NCBI RefSeq assembly: GCF_001194135.2
Contig: NC_068984.1
Span: 127,000,344-127,064,343, forward strand
DNA length: 64,000 nucleotides
DNA from: Octopus bimaculoides
Taxonomy: Eukaryota
Direction: 5' to 3'
This document shows, piece after piece, positions 25,469 through 38,590 of the stretch; the stretch's first letter is position 1, and each line of letters begins with the position of its first letter. The position numbers were made by a program, and so were the translations under genes. The notes beneath the pieces are model-generated. The model saw only the letters and a program-made list of their open reading frames with translations, made no database searches and was not told where the DNA came from.

Positions 25469-25691
25469 GGTGGTAAGCTGGCAGAAACGTTAGCACGCGG
25501 GAGAAATGCTTATCGGTATTTCGTCTGCCGTTACGTTCTGAGTTCAAATTCTGCCGAGGTCGACTTTGCCTTTCATCCTTTCGGGGTTAATAAATTAAGT
25601 ACCAGTTACGCATTGGGGTTGATGTAATCGACTTAATCCCTTTGTCTGTCCTTGTTTGTTCCCTCTATGTTTAGCGCCTTGTAGGCAATAA
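25469..25691 (+). mobile_element. SINE family B, young full-length copy with a 16-bp TSD
   Basis: TSD AGAAACTTGAGACTAA at 25432-25447 and 25692-25707; CpGs retained; GAGTTCAAATTC B-box-like motif. Confidence 0.9.
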
Positions 25692-26948
25692 AGAAACTTG
25701 AGACTAACCCAAATTAGATTGCCACCTATTCCTGACTAATAATATTCTGTGATCATATGATATTTATCTGGTATATATTCTTGACATATTGGTGTGGTGG
25801 TTGATGGAATGTGATCTGATGCTGGACCAGACTGATCTGGTATCTATTCTTGATAAATAGGTAAGTTGATTGGTTGACTGTGGTTTTCGGTCGGTACCTA
25901 TTCCTCAGAATAACTTTGTGAGTTGAGGCAATATAAAATGAAAGTATTTTGTCTCCAATCATAGCGCAACACCTGCAGAGAATTTGAATCTATAATACCT
26001 TCAAATTCTTAGAGGCACAAGAATGGGTAGGAGGTTAAGAAGTTTACTTTGCAAGAATGTGGTTTTGAGTTCAATACCACCTTGGACAAAAGTCCTTTGC
26101 TATTGTCTCAGGTTGACTAATGCTCTGATTGTGAAATTTAGTAGATGGAGATATATGACAATCTATAATGTGTGCACGTTTGTGCGTGCATGTGTTTGTG
26201 TGTGCATACGTGCGTGTGTGTGTGTGTGTGTGTGTGTTTGTCTTTGCATGTCTTCACATTAATACTGTTTAGGCAATGGAGACATTGTTTATGTCTCACT
26301 TAAACAATAAGTTCAGCTAGTTGGCAGTTTGCCCAGTAAAAATATAGAATACAGTGCTTTATCTGAAAACAAGTGAGAGTTGACATTAAAAAAGCATCTA
26401 ACTGTAAAATACTCCCTGAAAATGTTTCATCCAACTCATGCCAGCAAGGAAAAAGTGGACATGAAAAAATAGTGGTAGTGGTGGTGGCGACGGTGGCGGC
26501 GGCGGTGGCGGCGGCGGTGGCGGTGGCGGCAGCGGCAGTGGCTTTGTAGACGAAAGATCTGGCAACTTTTAAAAATCAAAATATTTCTAAATCACTATGC
26601 TGTGGTTGTGCTTCAAAAGACCCAGCAAGCCAAGTGAGACTGTAACTGTGGTCTATGCCAGTGCAGCATAACCAGCCCATTTAAGCATACCCTTCAATTA
26701 TTGGGCAATAAACTGCACTTTCGAAGACCTGTTGAGGCAAGTCAAAACATTGTCATGGCCGATGACAGTACTGACTGATTGGCACCTGTGCTGGTGGCAT
26801 GTAAAAAGCACCATTTGGGTGTTGTCGATGCCAGTGCCAGCTGACTGGTCCCGTGCTGGTGGCACATAAAAAGCATCATTTTGTCTGAGTTAATTATTAA
26901 CTAGGAGAAAATAAATACATATAATAATATATATATATATATATATAT

Positions 26949-27135
26949 GGGAGAATGTACGAAAAAAACAACAACAGACGAGGACAGGTGGTGTAAATAA
27001 CAAAGGATGTATTAGTATGACACTCGGGAATACGGAAAGTCTTTAACGTTTCGAGCTATGCTCTTCAACAGAAAGAATACGGAGACAAGGAGAAAAACAC
27101 GGAGAAAAAAAATTGAATAGTGTTCAGTCAATGGT
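26949..27135 (-). mobile_element. Penelope-like terminal (pLTR-type) fragment containing a hammerhead motif
   Basis: CpG-rich block bounded by (TA)n; homologous blocks at 39750-39844 and 39998-40080; contains an ACGTTTCG/hammerhead core. No ORF evidence for the family call. Confidence 0.5.
27040..27076 (-). ncRNA. Minimal type I hammerhead ribozyme motif, degenerate core (A6 to U)
   Basis: Minus strand UCUUU-CUGUUGA-A-GAGC-AUA-GCUC-GAAA-CG-UU-AAAGA: 5-bp stem I, 4-bp stem II, palindromic ACGU stem III. Confidence 0.55.
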
Positions 27136-27252
27136 CAATCATAGTAATATATATATATACTCGGAAATGGATGCATGGCGTTCAGTCAAACAATAAATTG
27201 TACATAATATATTGTATACATATATAAAAATATATATACATACATATATGGG

Positions 27253-27538
27253 TACAGGACATCACCAACAGTTCAAACAACCTGAAATATGTAAACAAAG
27301 AGTTAAATATGTAAATAACGAGAAAAAATGGAGAACAGGACAAGTAAACACAGAAAAGACCCTTCATCAGTTGTCGGCTGTCTATGTACTCCTAATTTCG
27401 AATGCTTGAAATGAGGGGTAGAAAGACAACCAACAACTGTGTTTACTTGTCCTGTTCTCCATTTATTCTCGTTGTTTACATATTTAACTCGTTTGTTTAT
27501 GTATTTCAGGTTGTTTGAACCATTGGTGGTGTCCTGTA
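27253..27538. repeat. Fold-back element with ~100-bp imperfect inverted arms
   Basis: Arms 27253-27353 and 27437-27538, 83-nt spacer; flanked by (TA)n. Confidence 0.85.
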
Positions 27539-28138
27539 TATATATATATATNNNNNNNNNNNNNNNNNNNNNNNNNNNNNNNNNNNNNNNNNNNNNNNNN
27601 NNNNNNNNNNNNNNNNNNNNNNNNNNNNNNNNNNNNNNNNNNNNNNNNNNNNNNNNNNNNNNNNNNNNNNNNNNNNNNNNNNNNNNNNNNNNNNNNNNNN
27701 NNNNNNNNNNNNNNNNNNNNNNNNNNNNNNNNNNNNNNNNNNNNNNNNNNNNNNNNNNNNNNNNNNNNNNNNNNNNNNNNNNNNNNNNNNNNNNNNNNNN
27801 NNNNNNNNNNNNNNNNNNNNNNNNNNNNNNNNNNNNNNNNNNNNNNNNNNNNNNNNNNNNNNNNNNNNNNNNNNNNNNNNNNNNNNNNNNNNNNNNNNNN
27901 NNNNNNNNNNNNNNTATATATATATATATTCATGCATATATATATACTATATATTATTTACTATTTATCATACATATATATATGTAGAACATGTATGCAT
28001 ATACATGTGTATGTAATATGTTATTTTATGGATGTGTGTGTGTGTGTGTGTGTGCGTGTGTGTGGATGAAATCATACTCATATACATATGTATATACTGA
28101 AATATATTTATGAACAAATTTGTATATATTTGTATGTG

Positions 28139-28174
<36 letters not shown>

Positions 28175-29000
28175 CTCATACACTCATACATATATATATA
28201 TAGATATATACATATATATATATATACATAGATACTTACATACATATATACAGGCATGCACACAGACACACACACATATACATACATGTATACATACATG
28301 CATGTATGTATGTGCTTGCGTGTGCATCTGCAGCTGTACACAGGCCCATTCTGCAACAACCAATGCACTTACTAACATGCAGCTACCTGCATTAAACTTA
28401 CGCTATATCTCCTGTAACACATCATATTAGGTTTTCAGTCCCCTTCATTCTGAAATTTCTCTTGGGTCATCGCCATAGCAACTGAAATATCCATTTATGA
28501 CCTATTGATTTTTGGCAACAAGCTGTTGATAAAGCAGCAATAGCACAGCATTAATGGCGCTCGGTGGATGCTGCTAGCATTCTGGCCTCCTTAATTCTCT
28601 CACAGACATCCTATTTCTGCTATGTATTTTGTGTTTACCAGTGGTTTTTACCAAAGATTAAGACTAGGTTAATAATGCTTATCACCGATATCACAACTCA
28701 CAATGACCACTTCTACTGCCAGTGGATATCCTAAATTGGTCATCTTTTTATAGATTACCTCTAACTTTACCACAGTTAATAGATGTCACCAACAACAACT
28801 ACAGATATCACAACATCTTCCACTTTTAACATACCCATTAATCATCATCATTGCTTTAATGTCCACTTGTTAATGGGCAAAGTTTATTGATGCAAATATT
28901 CTACAGGCAAGCACAGTAACATTTCCCCTTGGCTAGACATGTTCTTACTGAAGATTGGAAATGAATGACACTGTTTATAAGACAGTGACATCCATTTACA

Positions 29001-29391
29001 GTGGAGGCGCAATGGCTCAGTGGTTAGGGCAGCAGACTCGCAGTCATAGGATCGCGGTTTCTATTTCCAAACTGGGCGTTGTGAATGTTTATTGAGCGAA
29101 AACACCTAAAAGCTCCACGAGTCTCCGGCAGGGGATGGTGGCGAACCCTGCTGTACTCTCCCACCACAACTTTCTCTCACTCTTACTTCCTGTTTCTGTT
29201 GTGCCTGTAATTCAAAGGGTCAGCCTTGTCACACTGTGTCACGCTGAATATCCCCGAGAACTACGTTAAGGGTACACATGTCTGTGGAGTGCTCAGCCAC
29301 TTGCATGTTAATTTCCCGAGCAGGCTGTTCCGTTGATCGGATCAACTGGAACCCTCGATGTCGTAAGCGACGGAGTGTCAACAACAACAAC
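29001..29391 (+). mobile_element. SINE family C (tRNA head, (CAA)n tail), young full-length copy with a 14-bp TSD
   Basis: A-box TGGCTCAGTGG (29013), B-box-like GGTTTCTATTTCC; TSD GACATCCATTTACA at 28987-29000 and 29392-29405; decayed minus copies at about 14212-14460 and 14985-15300. Confidence 0.92.
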
Positions 29392-31074
29392 GACATCCAT
29401 TTACAACTATCACACAATGCTCAGACTGGCACCATTGTGACACTACTGTTGCTATAACAACCACCAATTTTTGCCTTATTACTGCTAATTTTACCACAGC
29501 ATATAAACCCTAAGACTATTGGATGCAGCTGATGTTATAGCAGCATACCTAAAACTGGTTACCACTGATGTTACTATCATTAAGGGATGCTATAATTACT
29601 ATGGATTGAATTAGTTTACCAATGTTCAGTCTACCGCAAGACAAAGGCCTCAGCTTTCTCAGCTTTATTGCTTTCTCCACCAACCATGGTCTGATGTGGA
29701 GACCGTGGATTTGAGCTGAAGATCATACTGGTTTGTTGAGCCTATTCTGTCACACTGGCTTGACATGGCTTGGCAGAGGGATGTAGTTTTTATACTCTTA
29801 TTCAGTCAACTATATTGAATCCAGTGCTCAACTGGTACTTATTTTATCAACCCTGAAAGGACAAAAGGCAAAGTCGACCTCGGTGGAATTTGAATCAGAA
29901 CATAAAGATGGATGAAATACTGTTAAGCATTTTACCCAGCATGCTTACAATTCTGCCAGCTCGTCACCTAATTACTATAATTAAAGTTAATAATGCTTGC
30001 TTCAGAGTACACAACTGTCACCCTGATTACCTCATCTAATGTTTGACAACCAATGTTCATGTGTTTATGTCCCCATAATTTAATGGTTCAGCAAAAGAGA
30101 ATGACAAAATAAGTACCAGGCTTACAAAGAATAAGTCCTGGTATCGATTCCTTCGACTAAAAATCCTTTAAGGAGGTGATCCAGCATGACAGCAAATGAA
30201 TAAAAGAATGAAATGCTGCAAAAAATTATTCCAGGTCCTACATGTGAAGTTGGGTCTCTATTACATACTTTTATGCACTAAAAACTTTCTTTCCTGAATA
30301 TGTGCTGCTGAAATTGGAGTGTATCTAATATGCCTGTGCATCCTTTATGCCATCAATATGGTACCTCTAATTTTACTACAGCAAATAGAGACTGTCATAA
30401 TAATAGTTACTACTGTTTTCACAACAACTTCACCCTTTTTGACTGATTACTGCTAATTTTACAACAGTGGATAAATACCAAGAATTGAAACCACAATCAT
30501 GCAATCATGAGTCCAACACCTTAAACACTAAGCTACACACCTCCACTTGTACTACTTGATGTGAGAGAAAAATTTAATCTATTTTCATCCTTTCATAAGC
30601 AGAAGTATATAATTTTTGTCTTTGCCTCTCTCTCCTGGATTATCTCCTGTGGTTGGTAAAGAAATGCTGTTTAGTTTTACAAAATTTTTCCCATCTACAT
30701 TTTTTTTTTCTTATAACCAAGATAGATCTATAAATTCCATCTGTTCATTTTGTGTTAAAGGAAGGTTTGTCTTCATACACCTGCTGTATGAACAGACCAC
30801 TGTATTTGGAATTGTGTAAGAGTTGCTACTGCTATTATTTTTGTTGTTGCTATTGTTGTCTTCCAAATGACTTATTTGAGTGGGACATTTTTCTTCCATT
30901 AATTGTTCACTTTACTGTTCATTTTCTTCTTCCTCCTGTACATTTATTTGTGTGTTTCTTTTTTTAGCCATTGTAGTGTTTTGTCAAGTGGCATAATTGT
31001 GTGTGGCAGCCATTTTAGATGTGAAAATGTACAATGTGTAAATAACATTTTAAATTTCTGAAGCAATCCTCTTT

Positions 31075-32335
31075 TGTTCTGTTGTCTACCCCCAAGTATC
31101 AAAGACAAGGCTTTCCATAGGCAATTATAGTTCTTTTTACAAGTACGCCAAAGAAAATTTCATTCAGTAATGCTTGAATAAAATGTGTTTCAAAGTGAGA
31201 AACAAAAACATCTTCACCAGGAGAGTTGATGATGATGATGATGATGATATCAGTGAAATAAGGAAAATTGATCAGAAAATACATAAGCTACTGACTTGCA
31301 ACAAGATGCACCACCCAAAGGCAGACACAGATCGTCTACCTTCCCAAAGCTCAAGGAGGTCAAAGCTTGGTCCAATCTGAAATTTCTTACAAAACCACCA
31401 CAATTGGACTGGCCAATTATCTTGAAGCATCTAACAACTAGATGCTAAAACTCATTGAAAACTATAAGAGATGTAAGAAACTTCATTCGGTTATGAAGGA
31501 GAGCAAAAAATTTGCAAGCGAGATCATGCTTCATACCCAGGTTGAAGTGACACAACTGTTGTTGCAAAGGAAGTGAAATCAATAGCAAAGCAAAATGCGT
31601 TTGAGCAATTAGCTGATAGGTGGGAACAAAAACCACTGCATGGCAAATATGTGGCCTGTAGCAAACACGCTGATGTAGACCAGAAGCACACCCATCAGTG
31701 GCTATGGAGCTCAAGGCTAAAGGCAGAGAGCAAAGGCTTTATCTCAGCTGCTCAAGATCAGAGCTTATTGACCTGTAACTACCAAGCCAATGTGATTAAA
31801 AATGGAGTTGACCCAAAGTGCTGATATTGCAATGATAAGATTGAAACAGTGGATCACCTAATCTCTGGGTGTAAGGTTTTGGCACCTGTAGGGTATAAAC
31901 CAAGACATGACAGAGTTGGCCAATATTTACACTGGATAATATATTGGCATTATAAAATCAAAACTGCTGACAAATGGTACCACCCTGAGGCTGTAAATGA
32001 GGGAAAAAATGTAATGCTTCTTTGGGGCTTTCCAGTTTGTATAGACTGGACCATCAAAGCTTGTAAAAAATCAAAACAATAAAGTCTATTTATTGATTGA
32101 CACAAGCATTCCTTGTGATCATAATATCTCAGCAAAAGAATTTGACAAGTTCAGAAAATATTAAGATTTTGCTGATTGAAATTGAAAAGCTGTGATTGTA
32201 GGAACACTTGGAATGATCAAAAAGGGAACTGAAAATTATTTGAGGATGTTCCCTGGCTTACCATCCATGTAGGAAGTGCAAAAAATTGTCTTAACTGGTG
32301 CATCACACATACTGAGAAGAGCATTGTCACTGTGA
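31075..32335 (+). mobile_element. R4/Dong-like (RLE) non-LTR retrotransposon 3' region, about 1.25 kb, pseudogenised
   Basis: HHPKADTDRL, RWEQKPLHGKY, HQWL..SRLKAESKGFISAAQDQSLLT, PKC*YCNDKIETVDHLISGCKVLA...RHDRVGQYLHW, LLWGFPV, IVGTLGMIKK: RT C-terminus, CCHC finger and RLE, with stops and frameshifts. Confidence 0.9.
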
Positions 32336-32545
32336 AATTTCTTTCTTCTTCCTACTTATTTTCTTCGTTTTCCTTTTTTTTCCTTCCTTCCTCTCCTTTC
32401 TCTTTTTTTTTTTCTATCACATGACTTTTGTAAATGAACAATCTGATGTGTTTATTTTAATAGCCTACCAATGTATACAGTGAGTTTCTTTGCCATAGGT
32501 GTTAGGAAGACACTCGGCAAGAAATGGAAACAAAATTGAAAGAAG

Positions 32546-32585
<40 letters not shown>

Positions 32586-34014
32586 TAATAATAATAATTT
32601 CAAATTTTGGCACAAGGCCAGCAATTTCAGGCTGGGGAGCTAAGTCGATTACATCAACTCCATTGTTCAACTGGTACTAATTTTATCAACCTTGAAAGGC
32701 ACAGTCAACTCTGTTAAGCATTTTGCCTGGTATGCTAATGCAGCACAAGGTATAAAATTTGGGTTGTGAAGGGGCCAGATGGTTACATTGACCTCTCAGT
32801 GTTCAACTGGTACTGATTTTGTAGATCCCGAAAGAATGAAAAGCAAAGTCAATCTTGATGATATTTAAAATTAGAACTTGAAGCTGAAAGAAATGCTGCT
32901 AAGCATTTTGTCTGGTATTCTAACAATTCTGCCAGCTTGCTACCTTTAAAATGGTTCTCTCTAATTTTGGCATAAGGCTAGTAGTTTTAGGGGAGGGAGC
33001 AAGTCAGTTACATCATTCCATACTACTTGATTGGTACTTTATTTCATCAACCTCAAAAGGATGAAAGGCAAAGTTGACCTGAACAGGATTTGGACTCAGA
33101 ACATAAAGAGCCTAAGTAAATGGCACTAAGTATTTTGTCTGACATGCCAGTGAATCTGCCAGTTTGCTAATAATAATAATAATAATAATAATAAATATTG
33201 GTTTAAAATTTTGGCACATGGTCAGCAAGTTTGGGAGAGGGGGCTAGTCAATTACATCAACCCCAGTGCTCATCATCATCCAGTATTTTAAATCTGGGTT
33301 TTTCCCCCGTTATTTGTGTGTGCGTGTGTATGTGTGTGTGTGCGTGCGTGTGTGTGTGTACATGCATGCGTGTGTGCATATGTGCTTGTGTGCATATGTG
33401 CTTGTGTGCATGCATGTGTGTGTGTTTGTTTGCATGTACATGTGTGTGTGTGTGTGTGTGTGTGTTTATATTGCTGCTCTGACATCACATGATGGTTGTA
33501 AATGAGTATCACCATCATACAAACAATGTTGTCCATTTCCAGTCTTCTAGTGGAGGGGGGGGGGCGGAAACAAGCCTGGTCCTAGGGAAATATTACCTTT
33601 GCTTGGCAAGCTGTGAAGGGTGATGACAAGAAGGACATCTAACCACAAAAAAATCTGCCTTTAACAAATTCTGTCTGATTCATGCAAGCATGGAAAAGTA
33701 AACATTAAATAATGTTAATAATGATGAAAAATAGCAGGAAAAGTAACTATACAGAAGCTCTGCAGTTTACACCAACCCATAATTTCTTAAAGAATGAAAG
33801 CTAAGATTTATACTCTTATAGAAGCAGAGACAACAACTAAAATATGATCTGCAAGTGGAGTAAGCCATATAAGCATGGAACCGGCTTTATTTATAACATT
33901 AATAAAATCTAGACCAGCTGGCATGATTTATATTATAAATCTTACAAATCTTCTATATATTGTCTCAGAGTTATTGCTTTTCTCATATTCTTGTGGCCTA
34001 TGTGTTAATGACAC

Positions 34015-34054
34015 CATATGTGTGTGTGTCTGTGTGTGTGCATATGTTTGTGTG

Positions 34055-34087
<33 letters not shown>

Positions 34088-34660
34088 TTGTGTGTGTATC
34101 TGTGCTTGATTGTATATATATATATCTGTGCATGTATGTATGCATGTATGTATGTGTGTATGTGTTTATATATATGTATGTTTGTGTGTATGTGTATGTA
34201 TGTATGTTTGTATGTATGTATATATGCATTCATGTCTGTCTGTATGTATGTGTGTATATGTGTTTATATATGTATATTTGTGTGTGTGTATGTGTATGTA
34301 TGTTTGTATGTATGTATATATACATGCATGTATGTATGTGTGTGCATGTGTTTATATATGTATGTTTGTGTGTATGTATGTATGTGTGTATGTTTGTATG
34401 TATATATGCATACATGTATGTCTATGTATGTATGTGTGTATGCATGTATGTATATATGCATACATGTATGTCTATGTATGTATGTATGTATATATGTTTG
34501 TATGTATGTATGTATTTATGTATGTATGTATGTATGTATGTATGTATGTATATATGATGAGTGTGTAGATAGGTGCAAGCATTATGTGTGTGTGTGTGTG
34601 TGTGTCTGTATGTTTGTGTGTTTTTGTATGTCTGTGTGTGTTTTCATATATTAGTGTATC
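34015..34660. repeat. About 650-bp compound (TG)n/(TATG)n microsatellite
   Basis: Visible directly; source of the 259-aa and 179-aa C/V/M/Y ORFs. Confidence 0.95.
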
Positions 34661-35824
34661 CATGCTTGCCTCTTTGTCATTCGCCCATCACCACAGAACT
34701 TGCTGCTGGGTCCGGGATAGTTTACATCCCCATAACTTAGTGGTTCAGCAAAAGACACTGATAGAATAAGTACTAAGCTCAAAGTAAGTCCTAGGGTCGA
34801 TTTATTTTACTAAAACCCCTCAAGGTGGTGCTCTAGCATGACTGCAATCAAATGACTGTGACATGTAAAAAAACAGAAGAATATGTATATCAACATGGCC
34901 GCAGCTCTAAGCTGAAACTATATAAACTATAAACTAAAAAATGTCTATGAGTGTGTGTTTTTGTCTCTGTATCTATTGCTCCTTCACCACCTGACAACAG
35001 GTGTTCGTGTGTTTACATCTCCATAACTTAGTGGTTCAGCAAAAGACCTAAAACCCCTGAAGGCAGTGCTCCAGCATGGCTGCAGTCAAATGACTGAAAC
35101 AAGTAAAAGAATGCATAAACAAGAAAGAAAATATATCTTCATTAAGATACAATGTCATAGCAAGCTCATCAGAAATGTTATTTTTGTCTCTTTCTAACAT
35201 AAAGGTTATATTCAAGTTTTATAGCATGCTAAGAGTTTTGTCATATTCAAAACCAAGGTTGGACAAATTTCTTACAGTACCTGTATCCAACAGTGATGCT
35301 ATGTTGCTATTTATATTGGTGAGAAGTTCCTGAGAGCCATTTACAAACATATTACCATTTTTAGAGTCATCAATGCTTACAAATGTCAGCAATATGAACA
35401 AAGTTATCAACATTTCAGTATCTGATTGGTTCATTTCTAACTGCTAACAATAGTGACATTTACAACTAGTATTTTCATTCAAGTTGTTTACTGAAGAGTT
35501 ATAGTTATTTACTTTCTCTTTTAAGATACTCATAATTTTCCATGTTTGTATTCTTAGGATATTTATTTAAGCATAACTGCTCTATAAGTTGAGTGCATTT
35601 TCTTTTGGATCAACATATTAGATTATATGTGATAGTTTTTCTCTCTCTCTTAGTCACCATTGTAATGAGCATGATGGGGATTAGTTCAACTGTCCTACTC
35701 AACTTCATAGGTCTGCACCTCCTTGACAAACTCCAACCTTGTTAAATAGTAATGGCTCATGTGATCATCAAATAGAATCACAAGACATAGCAAGCTTGTC
35801 AAACTTCCCACAACTGGACTACAA

Positions 35825-36270
35825 TGTATATGCAATCCAATTGGATGAAATGATGAGTGAACTTGCACTTAAACAACCGAGATTGGTCAATAGGCCATTT
35901 CTCTTGCAAGACAATGCTTGACCACATGTTGCACAAAGAATGCTACTCAAGATACAGGAACTGAACTTGGAAGTACTCTGTTATCACCAGACCTTGAGCC
36001 AACTGAATATTACGTTTTCCAGGCATTAGGCAACTTTTTGCAAGGAAAAAACTTCAAATCTGAAGAAGATGCAAAACAGCCTTTCATGGTTTCATCACCT
36101 CTTGCTCTCCAGAAATCTTTGCTGCCGGCATAAATAAGCTACTGCTAAAATGGCAAAATTGTGTTGATAATTTAGGTGCATACTTTGATTAACTGCATTA
36201 TTTTTTGTTGAGATAAAGTAAAATAAACTTACAATTCAAAATAGGACATTTCATTCTTAATGACCTGATA
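35825..36270 (+). mobile_element. mariner (DD34D, Hsmar1/cecropia-like) transposase C-terminal remnant with putative right TIR
   Basis: QLDEMM..LALKQPRLVNRPFLLQDNA*PHVAQ, then SPDLEPTEYYVFQALGNFLQGKNF and INKLLLKWQNCVDNLGAYFD*; ends ...GACCTGA-TA. Confidence 0.85.
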
Positions 36271-36662
36271 CTAGCAAAATGTGGCAGAGGTGGATGATGA
36301 AAAACCATTTAGAAAACAGGGATAAAAGCACACAAAGGATGTGTACATGCTCATTTCTCATCAGTTACTGACCCAAAACCATCACAGTATACATATGTAT
36401 TTCGTAAATATGTTCATAAATTTTCACCATGTATTGACTATAAAAAATACTCTAAAACTGAGGCATATAAACTCACAATGGAGAAAATGGGTATTAGTAC
36501 ACATACTAATGCCCAGTTTTTATCATCGACATAATATTAGATTATTTTCTATCGTCAATATACGGTGAAGACTTATAGTTATATTTACGAAATTTTCACT
36601 TGTCACCATTTCTTAACTAATGCAGAATATATTTGTATATATATATTTGTGTGTGTGTGTTT

Positions 36663-36755
<93 letters not shown>

Positions 36756-37596
36756 TATGTGTGTGTTCGTGTATTTGTGCATGTTTGTGTTTATCCCCCA
36801 TCAGCACATGACAATTGGTGTTGTTTTGTTTATGTCCCCATAACTCAATAGAATAAGCACCAGGCTTTAAAGACTGTACCTAGAGGTAATTGCTTTTACT
36901 GAACCCATTGAAGTGGTGCACCAGCATGGCCACAGTCCAGTGACAGAAACATGTAAAAGCCAAAAGATATAGCTTGTAGTGTTTAGTGTGTTCCCTGCTC
37001 ATAGCAACCAACTAGAGTTTTATAACAATAGAGGGAAAAGTTGGTTGATATCTTATATATATTATATACCAATGTTTTCTGCATCAATATCAAAGCCAAA
37101 GAAGCCATCTTAACCTCTTCTCAACGACTGATGCAAGCCTCTAATTATAACTGACAGATGTAACTCTATGTGATATGATTGATTGAAACATAAGTCAAAC
37201 TGATCGGGAGAAGGCCAATCATAAAGATGAGAGAATCGATGTAAGCCAATCAAAAATCATTGTCAGAATTATTATTTAATTCCTAAAAATATCCGGCTGG
37301 AATAAAGACTGTACAAAAATGGCAGATACATTTTCTTCGAATTGTGAAAAGATGAGCAGAATGAAGGAAGATGTTAAAGAATAGGTGCATGTGTGGAAGC
37401 TGAGGAAGTTTTAAGTGTGCAGTAGAAAAAGAGAAAAGTTGTTCACCATCGTCTTTAAGTTTGGGGTTTGTTAGTCAGCCAGGCAAAATCAAACAATTTG
37501 CTGGATTTGGTTAGTGAGTGAAACTGTAAAATGTAGTTTCACTTGTCTTCTTATGAAGTTCAAAGCTTCACATAATGGGCTTGCATACATACATAC

Positions 37597-38590
37597 ATCA
37601 TCATCATCATTGTCGTCGTTTAACATCCGCTTTCCATGTTGGCATGGGTTGGATGGTTTGCCTGAGGGCTGGTGAGCCAGAAGGCTGCACCAAGCTCCAA
37701 TTTGATATGGCAAAGTTTCTACAGCTGTATGACCTTCCTAACACCAGCAACTCTGAGCGTGTAATGGGTGCTTTCTATGTGCCCCCAGCACAGGAACCAG
37801 TCAGACGACACTGGCAATGATCATGCTCAAATGGTGCTTTTTACGTGCCACCGGCACAGGAGCCAATCAGGCAGCACTGGCAACAGTCATGCTGGAATGG
37901 TGCTTTTAATGTGCCACAGACACAGGTGTCAGTTAGGTGGTACTGTCATCAGCCACGACAATGATTTCACTTGCCTCAATAGGCCTTCGCAAGCGCAGTT
38001 TATTGCCCAATGATTGAAGGGTACTCTTAAATGAGCTGGTTATGCTGCACTGGCATAGGCCACAGTTATGGTCTCACTTGGCTTGCCAGGTCTTCTCAAG
38101 CACAGCATATCACCAAAGGTCTTGGTCACTTGGCATTGCTTTGGTGGGGCCCAGTGTTCAAAGGTTGTGCTTCACCACCTCATCCCAGGTCTTCCTGGGT
38201 CTACCACTTTCACAGGTTCCCTCTACTGCTAGGGTATGACACTTTTTCACTCAGTTGTCCTCATCCATTTGCAACACATGACCATACCAGCGCAGTCGTG
38301 TCTCTTGCACACCACATCTGATGCTTCTTAAGTCCAACTTTTCTCTCAGAGCACTTACACTCTGTCGTGTATGCACACTGACATTACACATCCAGCAGAG
38401 CATATCGGCTTCATTTCTTGCAAGTTTATGCATGTCCTCAGCAATCACGGCCCATATTTCACTGCCATGTAGCATGGCTGTTCACATACATGCGTCATAC
38501 AGTCTATCTTTTACTCTGAGTGAGAGGCCTTTGTCACTTGCAGAGGTAGGAGCTCTCTGAACTTTGCCCAGGCTATTCTTATTCTAACAG
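37597..38590 (-). mobile_element. RTE-clade LINE 3' kilobase (ORF end, 3' UTR with internal tandem repeats, (GAT)n tail)
   Basis: RIAWAKFRELLPL..TKGLSLRVKDRLY, LHGSEIWAV..LARNEADMLCWMCNV..RLRWYGHVLQM..GRPRKTWDEVV. This links the many short (GAT)n-tailed fragments in the window to this LINE. Confidence 0.9.

Noticed and set aside
26476-26542. CpG-rich (GGC/GGT)n as a poly-Ala/Gly coding exon or CpG island
   Set aside because: Short, bounded by stops and repeat fragments, with no splice signals; a simple trinucleotide repeat.
29003-29075. tRNA gene
   Set aside because: The A/B boxes belong to a SINE head that continues into a SINE body with tail and TSD; no complete cloverleaf. The same applies to the other SINE heads.
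30790-30820. SLC2A13 upstream exon ending (TTVFGI then GTAAGA)
   Set aside because: The upstream peptide does not resemble GRLxVGxGI, and the splice phase does not match the phase-1 acceptor at 42775.
37125-37215. Second hammerhead (CTGATGC...GAAACATAAGTC)
   Set aside because: The core is CUGAUGC rather than CUGANGA, there is no credible stem II, and stem I pairing needs a 7-nt insertion at the cleavage site.
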